This document shows positions 9,498 through 18,443 of a DNA stretch of 64,000 bases, piece after piece; position 1 is the stretch's first letter; every line of letters starts with the position of its first letter. The position numbers were made by a program, and so were the translations under genes. Location of the stretch: the NCBI GenBank assembly GCA_017522765.1, contig JAFWYG010000005.1:138826-202825 (forward strand). The letters are read 5' to 3'. This DNA comes from Clostridia bacterium (GTDB lineage: Bacteria > Bacillota > Clostridia > TANB77 > UBA1234). Below the pieces are notes generated by a model. It was given only the letters and a program-made list of their open reading frames with translations. It was not told where the DNA came from and searched no databases.

Positions 9498-9565
9498 TGG
9501 GGGTAGTTAATATAACTTTGAACTATCTTAATATTTTATATTAGATTTAAAGGAGGAATTTTATT

Positions 9566-9970
9566 ATGGATAATGCATCAAAAGCATTGATTATGGCAGG
9601 TGCGATTCTTATATCAATCGCAATCGTTGGAGTAGGTGTTTATATATTCTCAAGCACAAGCTCATTAGGAAATACAGCAGGTCAACAAATTGACGCTACA
9701 CAAGCACAAATGACAAACTCAACATTAAGACAATATGAAAGCACAAGAGTAAAAGGTACAACAGTTAAAGAATTTTTAGGTTATGCAGATGTTTTAAATA
9801 CAAACAAAACATTACCAGTTGATTTGAAAGTTAAACTTGATGGTACAGAGTTAACAGCTCCTTTTGCATCAGCAACTGTAGTTGAAAATGCATACTATAC
9901 AATTAAAATAACAGATGATCAAATAAAGGATGGATATTTAGATACTGTAACAATTACAAAAAATACTTAA
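9566..9970 (+). CDS. Pilin-like small protein with class III (archaeal/Tad-type) N-terminal signal: MDNASKA|LIMAGAILISIAIVG
   Basis: Strong SD aaaggagg 7 nt upstream. A short polar N-terminus ends in K-A and is followed by a ~22-residue hydrophobic helix and a ~100-aa Thr/Gln-rich globular tail. It is the first gene after the assembly genes. Confidence 0.6.
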   Translation: MDNASKALIMAGAILISIAIVGVGVYIFSSTSSLGNTAGQQIDATQAQMTNSTLRQYESTRVKGTTVKEFLGYADVLNTNKTLPVDLKVKLDGTELTAPFASATVVENAYYTIKITDDQIKDGYLDTVTITKNT

Positions 9971-9993
9971 TGCATATTGAAAAATATAATATG

Positions 9994-10022
9994 AGAAATG
10001 CAATTTTAAATTGCATTTCTCT
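9994..10022 (+). terminator. Perfect palindromic hairpin between the two pilin genes (partial terminator/attenuator)
   Basis: gagaaatgcaattt-a-aattgcatttctc, followed by an AT-rich stretch. Confidence 0.45.
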
Positions 10023-10122
10023 ATATTTATAAATATTTATGATTTGTTTTTTTTATAAAGGTTAAATTTTTAAATTTTAGAAAAAAGATAAATCGTTTGA
10101 TGAAATAGAAGGGAGTGTCGCT

Positions 10123-10536
10123 ATGGAGAATGCATCTAGAGCCATGATAATGGCGGGGGGAGTGTTTATTGCGGTAGCCATCATAAGTGTTGCATTGTAT
10201 GCTTACACCAACGCAAAAGGTTTCGCACATACTTCTGAAGAGTTGCTGAGTGCGAGTCAAATTCAAAGTTTTAATAGATTTTATCTTGCGTATAGTACTG
10301 GGGTTACAAGTGAAGTTAAATGCATAGAGGCGATTAATATTTTAAATCATGCTGTTGAAGACAATGTTCAGCGCATTGAATATTCAGACAAAATTGATTT
10401 TTATATTGATCCAGTTACTTCAAAGACAATATATAAAGTTAAAGATGATAAAACAGAAAATTATATAAAAAAAGTACATTATTCTCTTTCAAGAGCTGTT
10501 GACGGAAGTGTGAATGGTGTGACAATATGGGATTAA
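10123..10536 (+). CDS. Second pilin-like paralog: MENASRA|MIMAGGVFIAVAIISVALYAY
   Basis: SD gaagggag upstream. The N-terminus has the same architecture as 9566-9970, with R-A before the hydrophobic helix. Confidence 0.6.
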   Translation: MENASRAMIMAGGVFIAVAIISVALYAYTNAKGFAHTSEELLSASQIQSFNRFYLAYSTGVTSEVKCIEAINILNHAVEDNVQRIEYSDKIDFYIDPVTSKTIYKVKDDKTENYIKKVHYSLSRAVDGSVNGVTIWD

Positions 10537-10557
10537 AAAGAAAAGGAGTGAATATGA

Positions 10558-11097
10558 ATGGATGATAATTTGTTTGAAGCCATACAAATGTCTGTATGGG
10601 TGTTCTTATTTATATTTGCTCTTTCTTTTGCGTTTATACAATATAATCGAATAAATGATGTTATCGATTTATTTGTAGAAGCCAATATGTTTGGTAGTAG
10701 AGAAGATTTCGTAGGAGTTTTCTTAGATGAATCTGAGATAGCAAGAAATACACATAGAGCAGAGGTAGTTTTATCAGTTTTAAATATTCCTGATACTGTT
10801 AGTGAGACAGGTAATTCTTCATATAAGGTAAAAATTAAAGCTGGCGGTAACGAGACTGTTTTTGAGTATTATGAGGAACTAGATGCTGGATATGTGGTTA
10901 GACAAGGTGTAAAGTCAACAGGATCTTTGTCTAAAACATATTATTTAAGAGGTGATATACCTGTTGGAGGAGGAATTAATGATTTAGAAGATCTTATTAA
11001 TGATCTAACCAATCCGGTATATGGATATGCGCCATCGGCAGCAAATCAATATTCAGTTAAATATGATGATGATGGAATATATTATACTAGAAAATAG
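10558..11097 (+). CDS. TadE-like / minor pseudopilin-like protein (N-terminal MDDNLFEAIQMSVWVFLFIFALSFAF)
   Basis: SD aaaaggag upstream. The N-terminal hydrophobic helix is preceded by an FEA motif resembling the TadE-like VEFAL region; a globular domain follows. Confidence 0.45.
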   Translation: MDDNLFEAIQMSVWVFLFIFALSFAFIQYNRINDVIDLFVEANMFGSREDFVGVFLDESEIARNTHRAEVVLSVLNIPDTVSETGNSSYKVKIKAGGNETVFEYYEELDAGYVVRQGVKSTGSLSKTYYLRGDIPVGGGINDLEDLINDLTNPVYGYAPSAANQYSVKYDDDGIYYTRK

Positions 11098-11113
11098 AAA
11101 GGAGTTGCCTTAA

Positions 11114-11614
11114 TTGGGAGATTCATTAAGTATAGTTTTTACAGTTATAGTTGCAGTTTTAATAATGTTCTTATTTCCAATGCTTGATAGTTGGGAAAGG
11201 CAAGATGACCTTTCTTACATGGCGGTATATTCAGCAACTACAGACTTTGTTGATGCAGTTAGAAATACAGGAGCCTTAACAAGTTCAATGTATAATTCTT
11301 TTTTGACTCAAATCTATGGTACTGGTAACTCGTTTGAAGTAACGTTAGAACATAGAGAGTATTTGGTGGTTCCAACTGGAGATATAAATAAGCCAACGGA
11401 AGTAGATTATTTATACCATTATACTTCAGAAATTGAATCGGCTTTAAATTCAGGAGATGTATATGCTTTTGATAAAGGTGATTTCTTCTATGTATCAGTA
11501 AAAAATACAAATAAAACACAGGCTACAATGATGAAACAAACTATCTATGGAACTTTGATGGAATCATTCTCAATTGGTGTCCCATACGGTGGACAAATAA
11601 AATCAAGTTATTAA
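11114..11614 (+). CDS. TadE-like / minor pilin-like protein
   Basis: MGDSLSIVFTVIVAVLIMFLFPMLDSW is an N-terminal hydrophobic helix; the gene sits in the pilus gene cluster, with SD aaaggag upstream. Confidence 0.4.
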   Translation: MGDSLSIVFTVIVAVLIMFLFPMLDSWERQDDLSYMAVYSATTDFVDAVRNTGALTSSMYNSFLTQIYGTGNSFEVTLEHREYLVVPTGDINKPTEVDYLYHYTSEIESALNSGDVYAFDKGDFFYVSVKNTNKTQATMMKQTIYGTLMESFSIGVPYGGQIKSSY

Positions 11615-11651
11615 AATATATGAAAAATTATAGGAAGGAGGAAATAATAAT

Positions 11652-12854
11652 TTGAAATTACAACATTTTTGTATAATATTTTTAATAATTATTCTTCCTT
11701 TTTCTATTATAGCAAGGAATACCACTAGAGAGTATATGCTAACATTAAGAGATCAAGTTCGACTAAATAACGTTATTGATAGTGCAACGCAAGATGCTTT
11801 AGATATGATTGTTGATTTAAATGATGAATTTCAATCTTTATATTTTGCACAACAATTTAATATTACTCAAAGTGTAGCTAAAGAAGCAGTAAAGAGCTTT
11901 TTCCAAACTTTAGCTATAAATTATAATATGCCATACATTGAAGGAGCTACAGAATCTTACTTTAGTACATACGTACCTGCAATTGTATTAATAGGATATG
12001 ACGGTTTTTATATTTATTCTATCAATGAAGACAATAATGGTGTTTTCGCATATCAAATGTCTCCAAAGATACCATATGCGTATGAAGAAGGAGATATGAT
12101 TGTTAATTTTACATTAGGGAATGACGTAAAGATTCTTTGTAAAAATGTATATTATGAAGGCACAATGACAGATAATTATATAAGTGATACGACGCCAAAG
12201 TATAATGAGTATTTAACTGCTTTTGGAGGAGATGCGGATAAACTTAAAACATATCTTCCTGATATAACGGATGATATGTCTTTAATAATTTATGTTTTGG
12301 ATAGAAGTTCCACTGCGACAATTCCAGATTTCTTGTATGCTAATGCTGGTGAAACACCTTTACTTCAAGATTATTCGAGAGCAAGTGGAGATTTGCCCGC
12401 TGGTAAATTCCATGAAACGCGTAGAAATGTTATTATGACTACAATTCGTGAAGTTTTACAAGAAGAAATAAACTCACATTCTGCATATGCAAGTTTGATG
12501 GGCTCTAGTTATGACTTTAGGCTTCCTGAAATTTCTAATGATGATTGGACAAACTCAATTAATGATATTTCCGTAATGGCGTTTATTCAAGGTTTACCAA
12601 TTGGTATAAATCAATATTATAACAACTATGCTCTTGGTGGTGCTAAGATTGTTAATGCAAGTTATTTGTATGGATATAAAAATGGAGCACAAATGTATTA
12701 TCATGACGAAAAATGTCCAGATGTACAAGCTTTACTTGCTTTAAATATGGATGATCCTGCAAATCAAGCTGAGATAAACAAGTGGCAAATATTTTTAAAT
12801 AGAGTTGAAGCTGCTAGTCAAGGATATTTTCCATGTAATAAATGTAAACCATAA
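11652..12854 (+). CDS. Pilus-associated protein of unknown function with N-terminal signal-anchor (possible TadG-like tip/adhesin component)
   Basis: TTG start after SD ggaaggagg. The N-terminus MKLQHFCIIFLIIILPFSIIARN is followed by a 380-aa domain ending ...GYFPCNKCKP. It is the last gene of the cluster, followed by a terminator at 12858-12887. Confidence 0.4.
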   Translation: MKLQHFCIIFLIIILPFSIIARNTTREYMLTLRDQVRLNNVIDSATQDALDMIVDLNDEFQSLYFAQQFNITQSVAKEAVKSFFQTLAINYNMPYIEGATESYFSTYVPAIVLIGYDGFYIYSINEDNNGVFAYQMSPKIPYAYEEGDMIVNFTLGNDVKILCKNVYYEGTMTDNYISDTTPKYNEYLTAFGGDADKLKTYLPDITDDMSLIIYVLDRSSTATIPDFLYANAGETPLLQDYSRASGDLPAGKFHETRRNVIMTTIREVLQEEINSHSAYASLMGSSYDFRLPEISNDDWTNSINDISVMAFIQGLPIGINQYYNNYALGGAKIVNASYLYGYKNGAQMYYHDEKCPDVQALLALNMDDPANQAEINKWQIFLNRVEAASQGYFPCNKCKP

Positions 12855-12857
12855 AAT

Positions 12858-12887
12858 AAAAGACTACTTTTAAGTAGTCTTTTTTGT
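12858..12887 (+). terminator. Rho-independent terminator ending the Tad-like operon
   Basis: aaagactactt-ttaa-gtagtcttttttg. Confidence 0.75.
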
Positions 12888-12891
12888 TGCA

Positions 12892-12927
12892 TAAAAATAG
12901 CGAATTAGAAAGTATATCTAATTCGCT
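12892..12927 (-). terminator. Terminator of murC (minus strand)
   Basis: gcgaattag-aaagtatat-ctaattcgc, with an A-run on the + strand, which is a T-run on the minus strand. Confidence 0.6.
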
Positions 12928-12932
12928 TAATT

Positions 12933-14303
12933 CTATTGTCCTAATTTTCTTCCTAAGTTTGTTACGTCGCCAGCACCAATTGTTAGCAAGATGTCACCGT
13001 GTTTCATTTTTGCTTTTAAATAAGATAAAGCTTCAGGAATAGTAGAAAGATAAACGGCATTATTTGAATGTTCATTTATTTTGGTAGCTAATTGTCTAGA
13101 TGAAACAATTCCGGTATCTTTTTCACGAGCTGCGTAAATGTCTAATACGATTACTTCGCCAGCATCTTCAAATGCAGTAACGAATTTATCAAAAAGAGTA
13201 TGAGTTCTCGAATAAGTATGTGGTTGGAATACAACCCATATTTTTTTATTGTTTATTGCTTTTGCTGTTTTTAAAGTAGCTTTAATTTCAGTTGGGTGAT
13301 GAGCGTAATCATCATATATTTTTGCACCTCTATAAGTTCCTACATATTCAAAACGTCTTTTTGCGCCACCGAATGCAAGTAGCCCTGCTATAATTGCTTC
13401 ATTTGGTAAATTATAAGATTTAGAAACAGCGATTGCAGCAAGAGCATTATATATATTGTGATATCCAAACACAGATAGTTTTACATTTAATTCTTCAGAA
13501 TCATTTTTTGCTGTGAATGAATATGTGCCATCTAGATTTTTTTGAATATTAGTAGCGGTCCAAGTTGCAGAATTATCTATTCCAAAAGTAATTAATTTAG
13601 CTTTGTGATTTTGTGAGATAGCCATGCAATCAGAATCGTCAGCATTTAGAATTATTGTACCATTTTCAGATGGAATATCTAAAAATGAATTAAATGCATT
13701 TTTGATGTCTTCTAAGTCTTTATAGCAATCTAGGTGTTCTTCTTCAATATTTAAAACAACGGCAGTTCTTGGAAAAAATTTTAAGAAACTTCTTACATAT
13801 TCACAAGCTTCAACTATAAAATAATCGCTTTTCCCAACTCTATAATTCAAGCCGTCTAAAACTGATAAATCAGCGCCAACTTGAATTGTTGGATCTGTAG
13901 CAGCTTTTAGAAAAATAGAAGAGACCATAGAAGTGGTTGTGGTTTTTCCATGAGTTCCGCTTATTGCGATAGTTTCTTTGTATAATTTTGTAAGCATTCC
14001 TAAAAAGTCAGAACGTTCTATAGTTTCTATATTTAAATTATGAGCTTCTACAAGTTCGGGATTATCTTGTTTTACAGCAGCTGTGTAAACTACAACATCA
14101 GCACCGTGAACGTTTTCAGGGAAGTGGCCTATTTTTACAGGTATTCCTTGAGTTTCTAATCTTTTTGTTATATCACTTTCGTTTGCATCAGAACCAGTAA
14201 CTGTATAACCTAAATTCATAAGAATATCTGCTATACCGCTCATACTAACTCCACCGATACCAACCATATGTATTTTCTTTGTATTATCTATATTTATGTC
14301 CAT
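12933..14303 (-). CDS. murC: UDP-N-acetylmuramate--L-alanine ligase
   Basis: MVGIGGVSMSGIADILMNLGYTVTGSD...ISGTHGKTTTTSM. Mur ligase P-loop. SD ggagg upstream on the minus strand. Confidence 0.9.
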   Translation of the reverse strand: MDINIDNTKKIHMVGIGGVSMSGIADILMNLGYTVTGSDANESDITKRLETQGIPVKIGHFPENVHGADVVVYTAAVKQDNPELVEAHNLNIETIERSDFLGMLTKLYKETIAISGTHGKTTTTSMVSSIFLKAATDPTIQVGADLSVLDGLNYRVGKSDYFIVEACEYVRSFLKFFPRTAVVLNIEEEHLDCYKDLEDIKNAFNSFLDIPSENGTIILNADDSDCMAISQNHKAKLITFGIDNSATWTATNIQKNLDGTYSFTAKNDSEELNVKLSVFGYHNIYNALAAIAVSKSYNLPNEAIIAGLLAFGGAKRRFEYVGTYRGAKIYDDYAHHPTEIKATLKTAKAINNKKIWVVFQPHTYSRTHTLFDKFVTAFEDAGEVIVLDIYAAREKDTGIVSSRQLATKINEHSNNAVYLSTIPEALSYLKAKMKHGDILLTIGAGDVTNLGRKLGQ

Positions 14304-14521
14304 TCAATAAGACCTCCAATCACTCATAATTATACCCAAATGGCAAAATAATGTCTATATTTATTATATGCAGAAAAAGGCAAAGTGATACAGTATACAT
14401 AATCATAAAGTTTAAAAAAACTTTGAAAACTAGCAGGAATTTTGAATTATTTGCAGTAATATAAATTTAGCTGACAAATGAGAGCAGCAATTACAGAAAT
14501 AAGAAAGGGCGTGCTTTTTTA

Positions 14522-14854
14522 ATGGAAATTACGGACGTAAAAGTAAAAAGAGTAAAATCTGACGGAAATATGAAAGGTATTGCTCACGTAACATTTGACG
14601 ATGTATTTGTAGTACATGACATCAAAGTTATCGTGCCAACAAATGGTAAAGAACCATTCATCGCTATGCCAAGTAAAAGAGATCCTAAAAAAGGAATCTG
14701 GAGAGACATAGTTCATCCAATCAAAGACAAAGAAAATCCAACTGCAAGAGATTTCAGAGCTGAACTTGCAAATGCTATTTTTGAAAAATTTAATGCATTA
14801 CCAGAAGACGATGCAGAAGCTATCGACGCTGAAGATGTAGATGGAATTGAATAG
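14522..14854 (+). CDS. spoVG: Septation/sporulation regulator SpoVG
   Basis: MEITDVKVKRVKSDGNMKGIAHVTFDDVFVVHDIKVI...FIAMPSKRDP is the SpoVG signature. A terminator lies at 14873-14903. Confidence 0.9.
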   Translation: MEITDVKVKRVKSDGNMKGIAHVTFDDVFVVHDIKVIVPTNGKEPFIAMPSKRDPKKGIWRDIVHPIKDKENPTARDFRAELANAIFEKFNALPEDDAEAIDAEDVDGIE

Positions 14855-14872
14855 ATAAGGGTTTTAAGAAAA

Positions 14873-14903
14873 GTCACATCAAAAGATGTGACTTTTTTCT
14901 ATT
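14873..14903 (+). terminator. Rho-independent terminator of spoVG
   Basis: aaaagtcacatc-aaaa-gatgtgactttttt. Confidence 0.8.
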
Positions 14904-14975
14904 TTTGCGGTAAAATATTGCTGTGAAAAGTACTTAGAATAAACAACAAAAATATTTTATGAAAGGACAAGGCAT

Positions 14976-16787
14976 ATGTTTGACATTCAAGAAGAACTAA
15001 AAAAACTACCAGAGAAACCAGGTGTTTATATAATGAAAGACAAAGATGACAATATCTTGTATGTTGGCAAGGCTGTTGTCTTAAAAAATAGAGTGCGTCA
15101 ATATTTCCAAAAAACGAAAAAGACTATGCGTATTCAAAAGATGGTTTCTCTTATTGACCACTTTGAATACATTGTGGTTGATTCGGAAATGGAAGCTTTG
15201 ATTTTGGAATGTAATCTTATTAAGCTTCATAGACCTAAATATAATGTACTTTTAAAAGATGATAAGATGTACCCATATATTAAATTAACAATTAATGAAG
15301 ATTTCCCAACATTAAGAGTTGTTAGAAAAAAGATTAATGATGGAGCTAAATATTATGGCCCGTATACAAATGCATTTGCTGTAAAAGATACGGTAGATTT
15401 TTTAAACCAAACATTTAAATTAAAACATTGTAGAAAGATTTTTAAGAAAGACAAAATAGAAACACCTTGTTTGAATTATCACATAAAAAGATGTTTAGGA
15501 ATTTGTGCTGGCAAGGTGACAAAAGAAGAATATGCACAAGTTATAAAACAAGTGATGATGTTTTTAGATGGCAAAGCACAAGATATATTAAAAAATTTGA
15601 AAGCAGAAATGGAAGAAGCTTCAGCAGAAATGAATTTTGAAAAAGCTGCTGCTTTAAGAGATAAAATGTATAGCATTGAAAACTTATCACAAAGGCAGAA
15701 AATTGAAAGTTATAATGAAAATGACATAGATGTAATAGGCGTAATTAAAACTTTAAATAAAGCGTCTTTAGAACTATTCAGAATACGTTCGGGTAAAATG
15801 ATTGCTGGTGAAAATTTCATTTTTGATGATGTGCAAGATATTGATGAAGGTACTTTGATTGCTGATTTTATGAAGCAGTTTTACAATGAAGAAAATGTAC
15901 CAAGCAAAATCATTTTTAGATATGAATTTGATGAAATCGATTTACTAAGAGAACGTTTGATGATGCTTAATAATGGTAAAAGTGTAGAATTTAAGATTAC
16001 TCAAAAAGGTGAGAAAATGCGCTTTATAGAAATGGCTGAAAAGAATGCATTGATTTCACTACAAAACAAATCAGATGTAATTGAAACAGAAACAAATATT
16101 AATAAATTAAAACAATTATTAGACTTAGAAAAATTACCTTTAAGAATTGAAAGTTATGATATTTCAAATATTTCTGGTACTGATACTGTTGCAGGCATTA
16201 TTGTTTTTGAAAATGGTAAGCCAAAGAAAAACGAATATCGTAGAATTAAAATAAAGACGGTTGAAGGTCAAAATGATCTAATGTGTATGAAAGAAACATT
16301 AGTTAGACGTTTTAGATATTTAGTTGAGGTTAGCGAAAAAAATCCTTTTGGTCCAGCGCCAGATTTAGTACTTATGGATGGTGGTAGTAATCAAGTTGCG
16401 GTCGCAGTTGAAGTCCTAGATGCATATGGACTTGATATTCCGGTGTACGGTTTAGTAAAAGATAACAAACATAGAACTCGTGGAATTATAACACCTGATG
16501 GTGAAGAGTTAATAATTGAAGATAAAGATATAATGAATTTCATTACATTTATTCAAGACGAAGTTCATAGAACTGCGATTGAATATCATAGAAAATTAAG
16601 AGATAAGAAAATGAAGGTTTCTATATTAGATGATATTCCAGGGGTGGGAAATAAACGTAAAGAAATTCTTTTGAAAAAATATAAATCATTAAAGAAAATT
16701 TCTGAAGCAAGTTTAGATGAATTAGAAAGTGTAGAAGGTATTGATGAAAAGACAGCAAAAGCGGTTTTTGATTTCTTTCACAACTAA
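14976..16787 (+). CDS. uvrC: Excinuclease ABC subunit C
   Basis: GIY-YIG N-terminus (PGVYIMKDKDDNILYVGKA), UvrC central region and C-terminal HhH. 603 aa. Confidence 0.9.
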   Translation: MFDIQEELKKLPEKPGVYIMKDKDDNILYVGKAVVLKNRVRQYFQKTKKTMRIQKMVSLIDHFEYIVVDSEMEALILECNLIKLHRPKYNVLLKDDKMYPYIKLTINEDFPTLRVVRKKINDGAKYYGPYTNAFAVKDTVDFLNQTFKLKHCRKIFKKDKIETPCLNYHIKRCLGICAGKVTKEEYAQVIKQVMMFLDGKAQDILKNLKAEMEEASAEMNFEKAAALRDKMYSIENLSQRQKIESYNENDIDVIGVIKTLNKASLELFRIRSGKMIAGENFIFDDVQDIDEGTLIADFMKQFYNEENVPSKIIFRYEFDEIDLLRERLMMLNNGKSVEFKITQKGEKMRFIEMAEKNALISLQNKSDVIETETNINKLKQLLDLEKLPLRIESYDISNISGTDTVAGIIVFENGKPKKNEYRRIKIKTVEGQNDLMCMKETLVRRFRYLVEVSEKNPFGPAPDLVLMDGGSNQVAVAVEVLDAYGLDIPVYGLVKDNKHRTRGIITPDGEELIIEDKDIMNFITFIQDEVHRTAIEYHRKLRDKKMKVSILDDIPGVGNKRKEILLKKYKSLKKISEASLDELESVEGIDEKTAKAVFDFFHN

Positions 16788-16873
16788 GTAAATCTATTGA
16801 CACTTTTTTTTAACAAATTTATAATTAATATGTATGAAATTAACTTTTACTTAAGATAGGAGTTGGATAATTA

Positions 16874-18430
16874 ATGGCTTATAATGGTGGGGCAACTCAA
16901 CAAGCAACGCAATTCCCAGCTATATTAACAAATGAAAAATTAGAAGCTATCTATGTAGGACTATTAATACTTAATCCAAAGGGTATTGGTATGTTCTATC
17001 TTGAGGCGCCAGAATGTCAATTTTCAGTGCCTTGGATGCTTGATGTATATAAATTAGTTTTATTCCGTGAAGGACAATCATACGCATCTGAAAATGCGAA
17101 GAAAGGTTTTTCTTTTCCAAAACTTACGGAAAAAACAGAAACATATATGGAAACTTGTAAGAAGTATGCTATTGAATCTGGATATTCAATAGAGCAAGCA
17201 TATCACGAGATAAGAAAATTATTCTTATTAAAAATGAGTTATGCAAATGCTCCAACAAAAAACATTCAAGATAAAGTAGTTAATATTAAAAGATACGCAA
17301 GATATAATGAAATGGGTATCGATGAAATCATTAGTACACTTAATGATTTGAGTTTTACAAGTAGTATTAAAGAGTGTAAATTAGAAGAAGATATTACAGA
17401 ATTTATGGTATCAAGAAGTAATAACTTAAAATCTGGTGTTCCAACACCATTCCCTGTACTTACTAAAACATTCAAGGGTTTTAGAAAAGGTGAAACTGTT
17501 TCTTTTGCGATGCCATCTAACTCGGGTAAATCAAGATTTATAACAAACATTATTACTTACCTAGTATATGCTCAAAAGAAAAAGGTTCTTCTTATTTCAA
17601 ACGAAATGACAGAAGAAAAGATGAAGCTTTGCTTAATTACAACTATTATGAATGCACCTTTTATTCAAGAACTTCATGGTAAAAAACTTCATATTAGAGA
17701 AGCTGAAATTCTTGCTCTTAAATTTTTACCTGATGAAGGCAAAGATGTAGAACTTGATGATGATGGTTTTATAAAGAGAAAAGAAGGTGAGTCAAACGAA
17801 GATTTCGTAGAAAGACTTAACGAGAACTCAACACAATTTAGAGAAGCGATTGCTGCTACTGATTGGCTAGGAGCTCAAAAAGAAGCAGGAATATTCTTTG
17901 TATATACTTCTGATCATAGTAATGATGAGTTAAGAAATATTATTATGGATTACTATTATAAAGAAGGTATTGAATATTTCTTCTATGATACATTAAAAAC
18001 AGATATTGAACATATTGGTAGTGGTGAAGAGGTTAAAAAGACAGCAACAGTTCTTTCAACATTAGCACAAAGTTTTAATTTGTTTATTGGTTCAACATTA
18101 CAGCTTAATGATAACGCAACACCACCACTTAATCTTTCTATTAATGATCTTGAAAGTACAAGAACTGTTAAAGAAGTTTTAGATACTCTTTGTTTGATTA
18201 AGACAATAAAAAGTGATACGTATGATATGTATGAATATTCTGAAAAAGAAGAGGATTTGGTATACAAAGATTTACCAGCACCTCCAACTTTGAATACAAG
18301 ATTTTATGCTTGCGTTGTTGATAAGAACAGAGCGGGTTCAAAACCAAAAGTTGTGTTTATGCTAGATCTTGACTACAACCATTGGACAGAACTTGGATAT
18401 ATAAGATTGAAACAAGATAAACCAAAATAA
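16874..18430 (+). CDS. DnaB-family helicase-like protein (RecA-fold C-terminal domain) with non-DnaB N-terminal domain
   Basis: FAMPSNSGKSRFITNI parallels DnaB motif H1 (GARPSMGKTAF). VVDKNRAGSKPKVVFMLDLDYNHWTELG parallels DnaB motif H4 (AKQRNGPTG..l.F). The first ~200 aa do not resemble the DnaB N-terminus. Confidence 0.5.
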   Translation: MAYNGGATQQATQFPAILTNEKLEAIYVGLLILNPKGIGMFYLEAPECQFSVPWMLDVYKLVLFREGQSYASENAKKGFSFPKLTEKTETYMETCKKYAIESGYSIEQAYHEIRKLFLLKMSYANAPTKNIQDKVVNIKRYARYNEMGIDEIISTLNDLSFTSSIKECKLEEDITEFMVSRSNNLKSGVPTPFPVLTKTFKGFRKGETVSFAMPSNSGKSRFITNIITYLVYAQKKKVLLISNEMTEEKMKLCLITTIMNAPFIQELHGKKLHIREAEILALKFLPDEGKDVELDDDGFIKRKEGESNEDFVERLNENSTQFREAIAATDWLGAQKEAGIFFVYTSDHSNDELRNIIMDYYYKEGIEYFFYDTLKTDIEHIGSGEEVKKTATVLSTLAQSFNLFIGSTLQLNDNATPPLNLSINDLESTRTVKEVLDTLCLIKTIKSDTYDMYEYSEKEEDLVYKDLPAPPTLNTRFYACVVDKNRAGSKPKVVFMLDLDYNHWTELGYIRLKQDKPK

Positions 18431-18443
18431 AGGAGGAAGTTTT

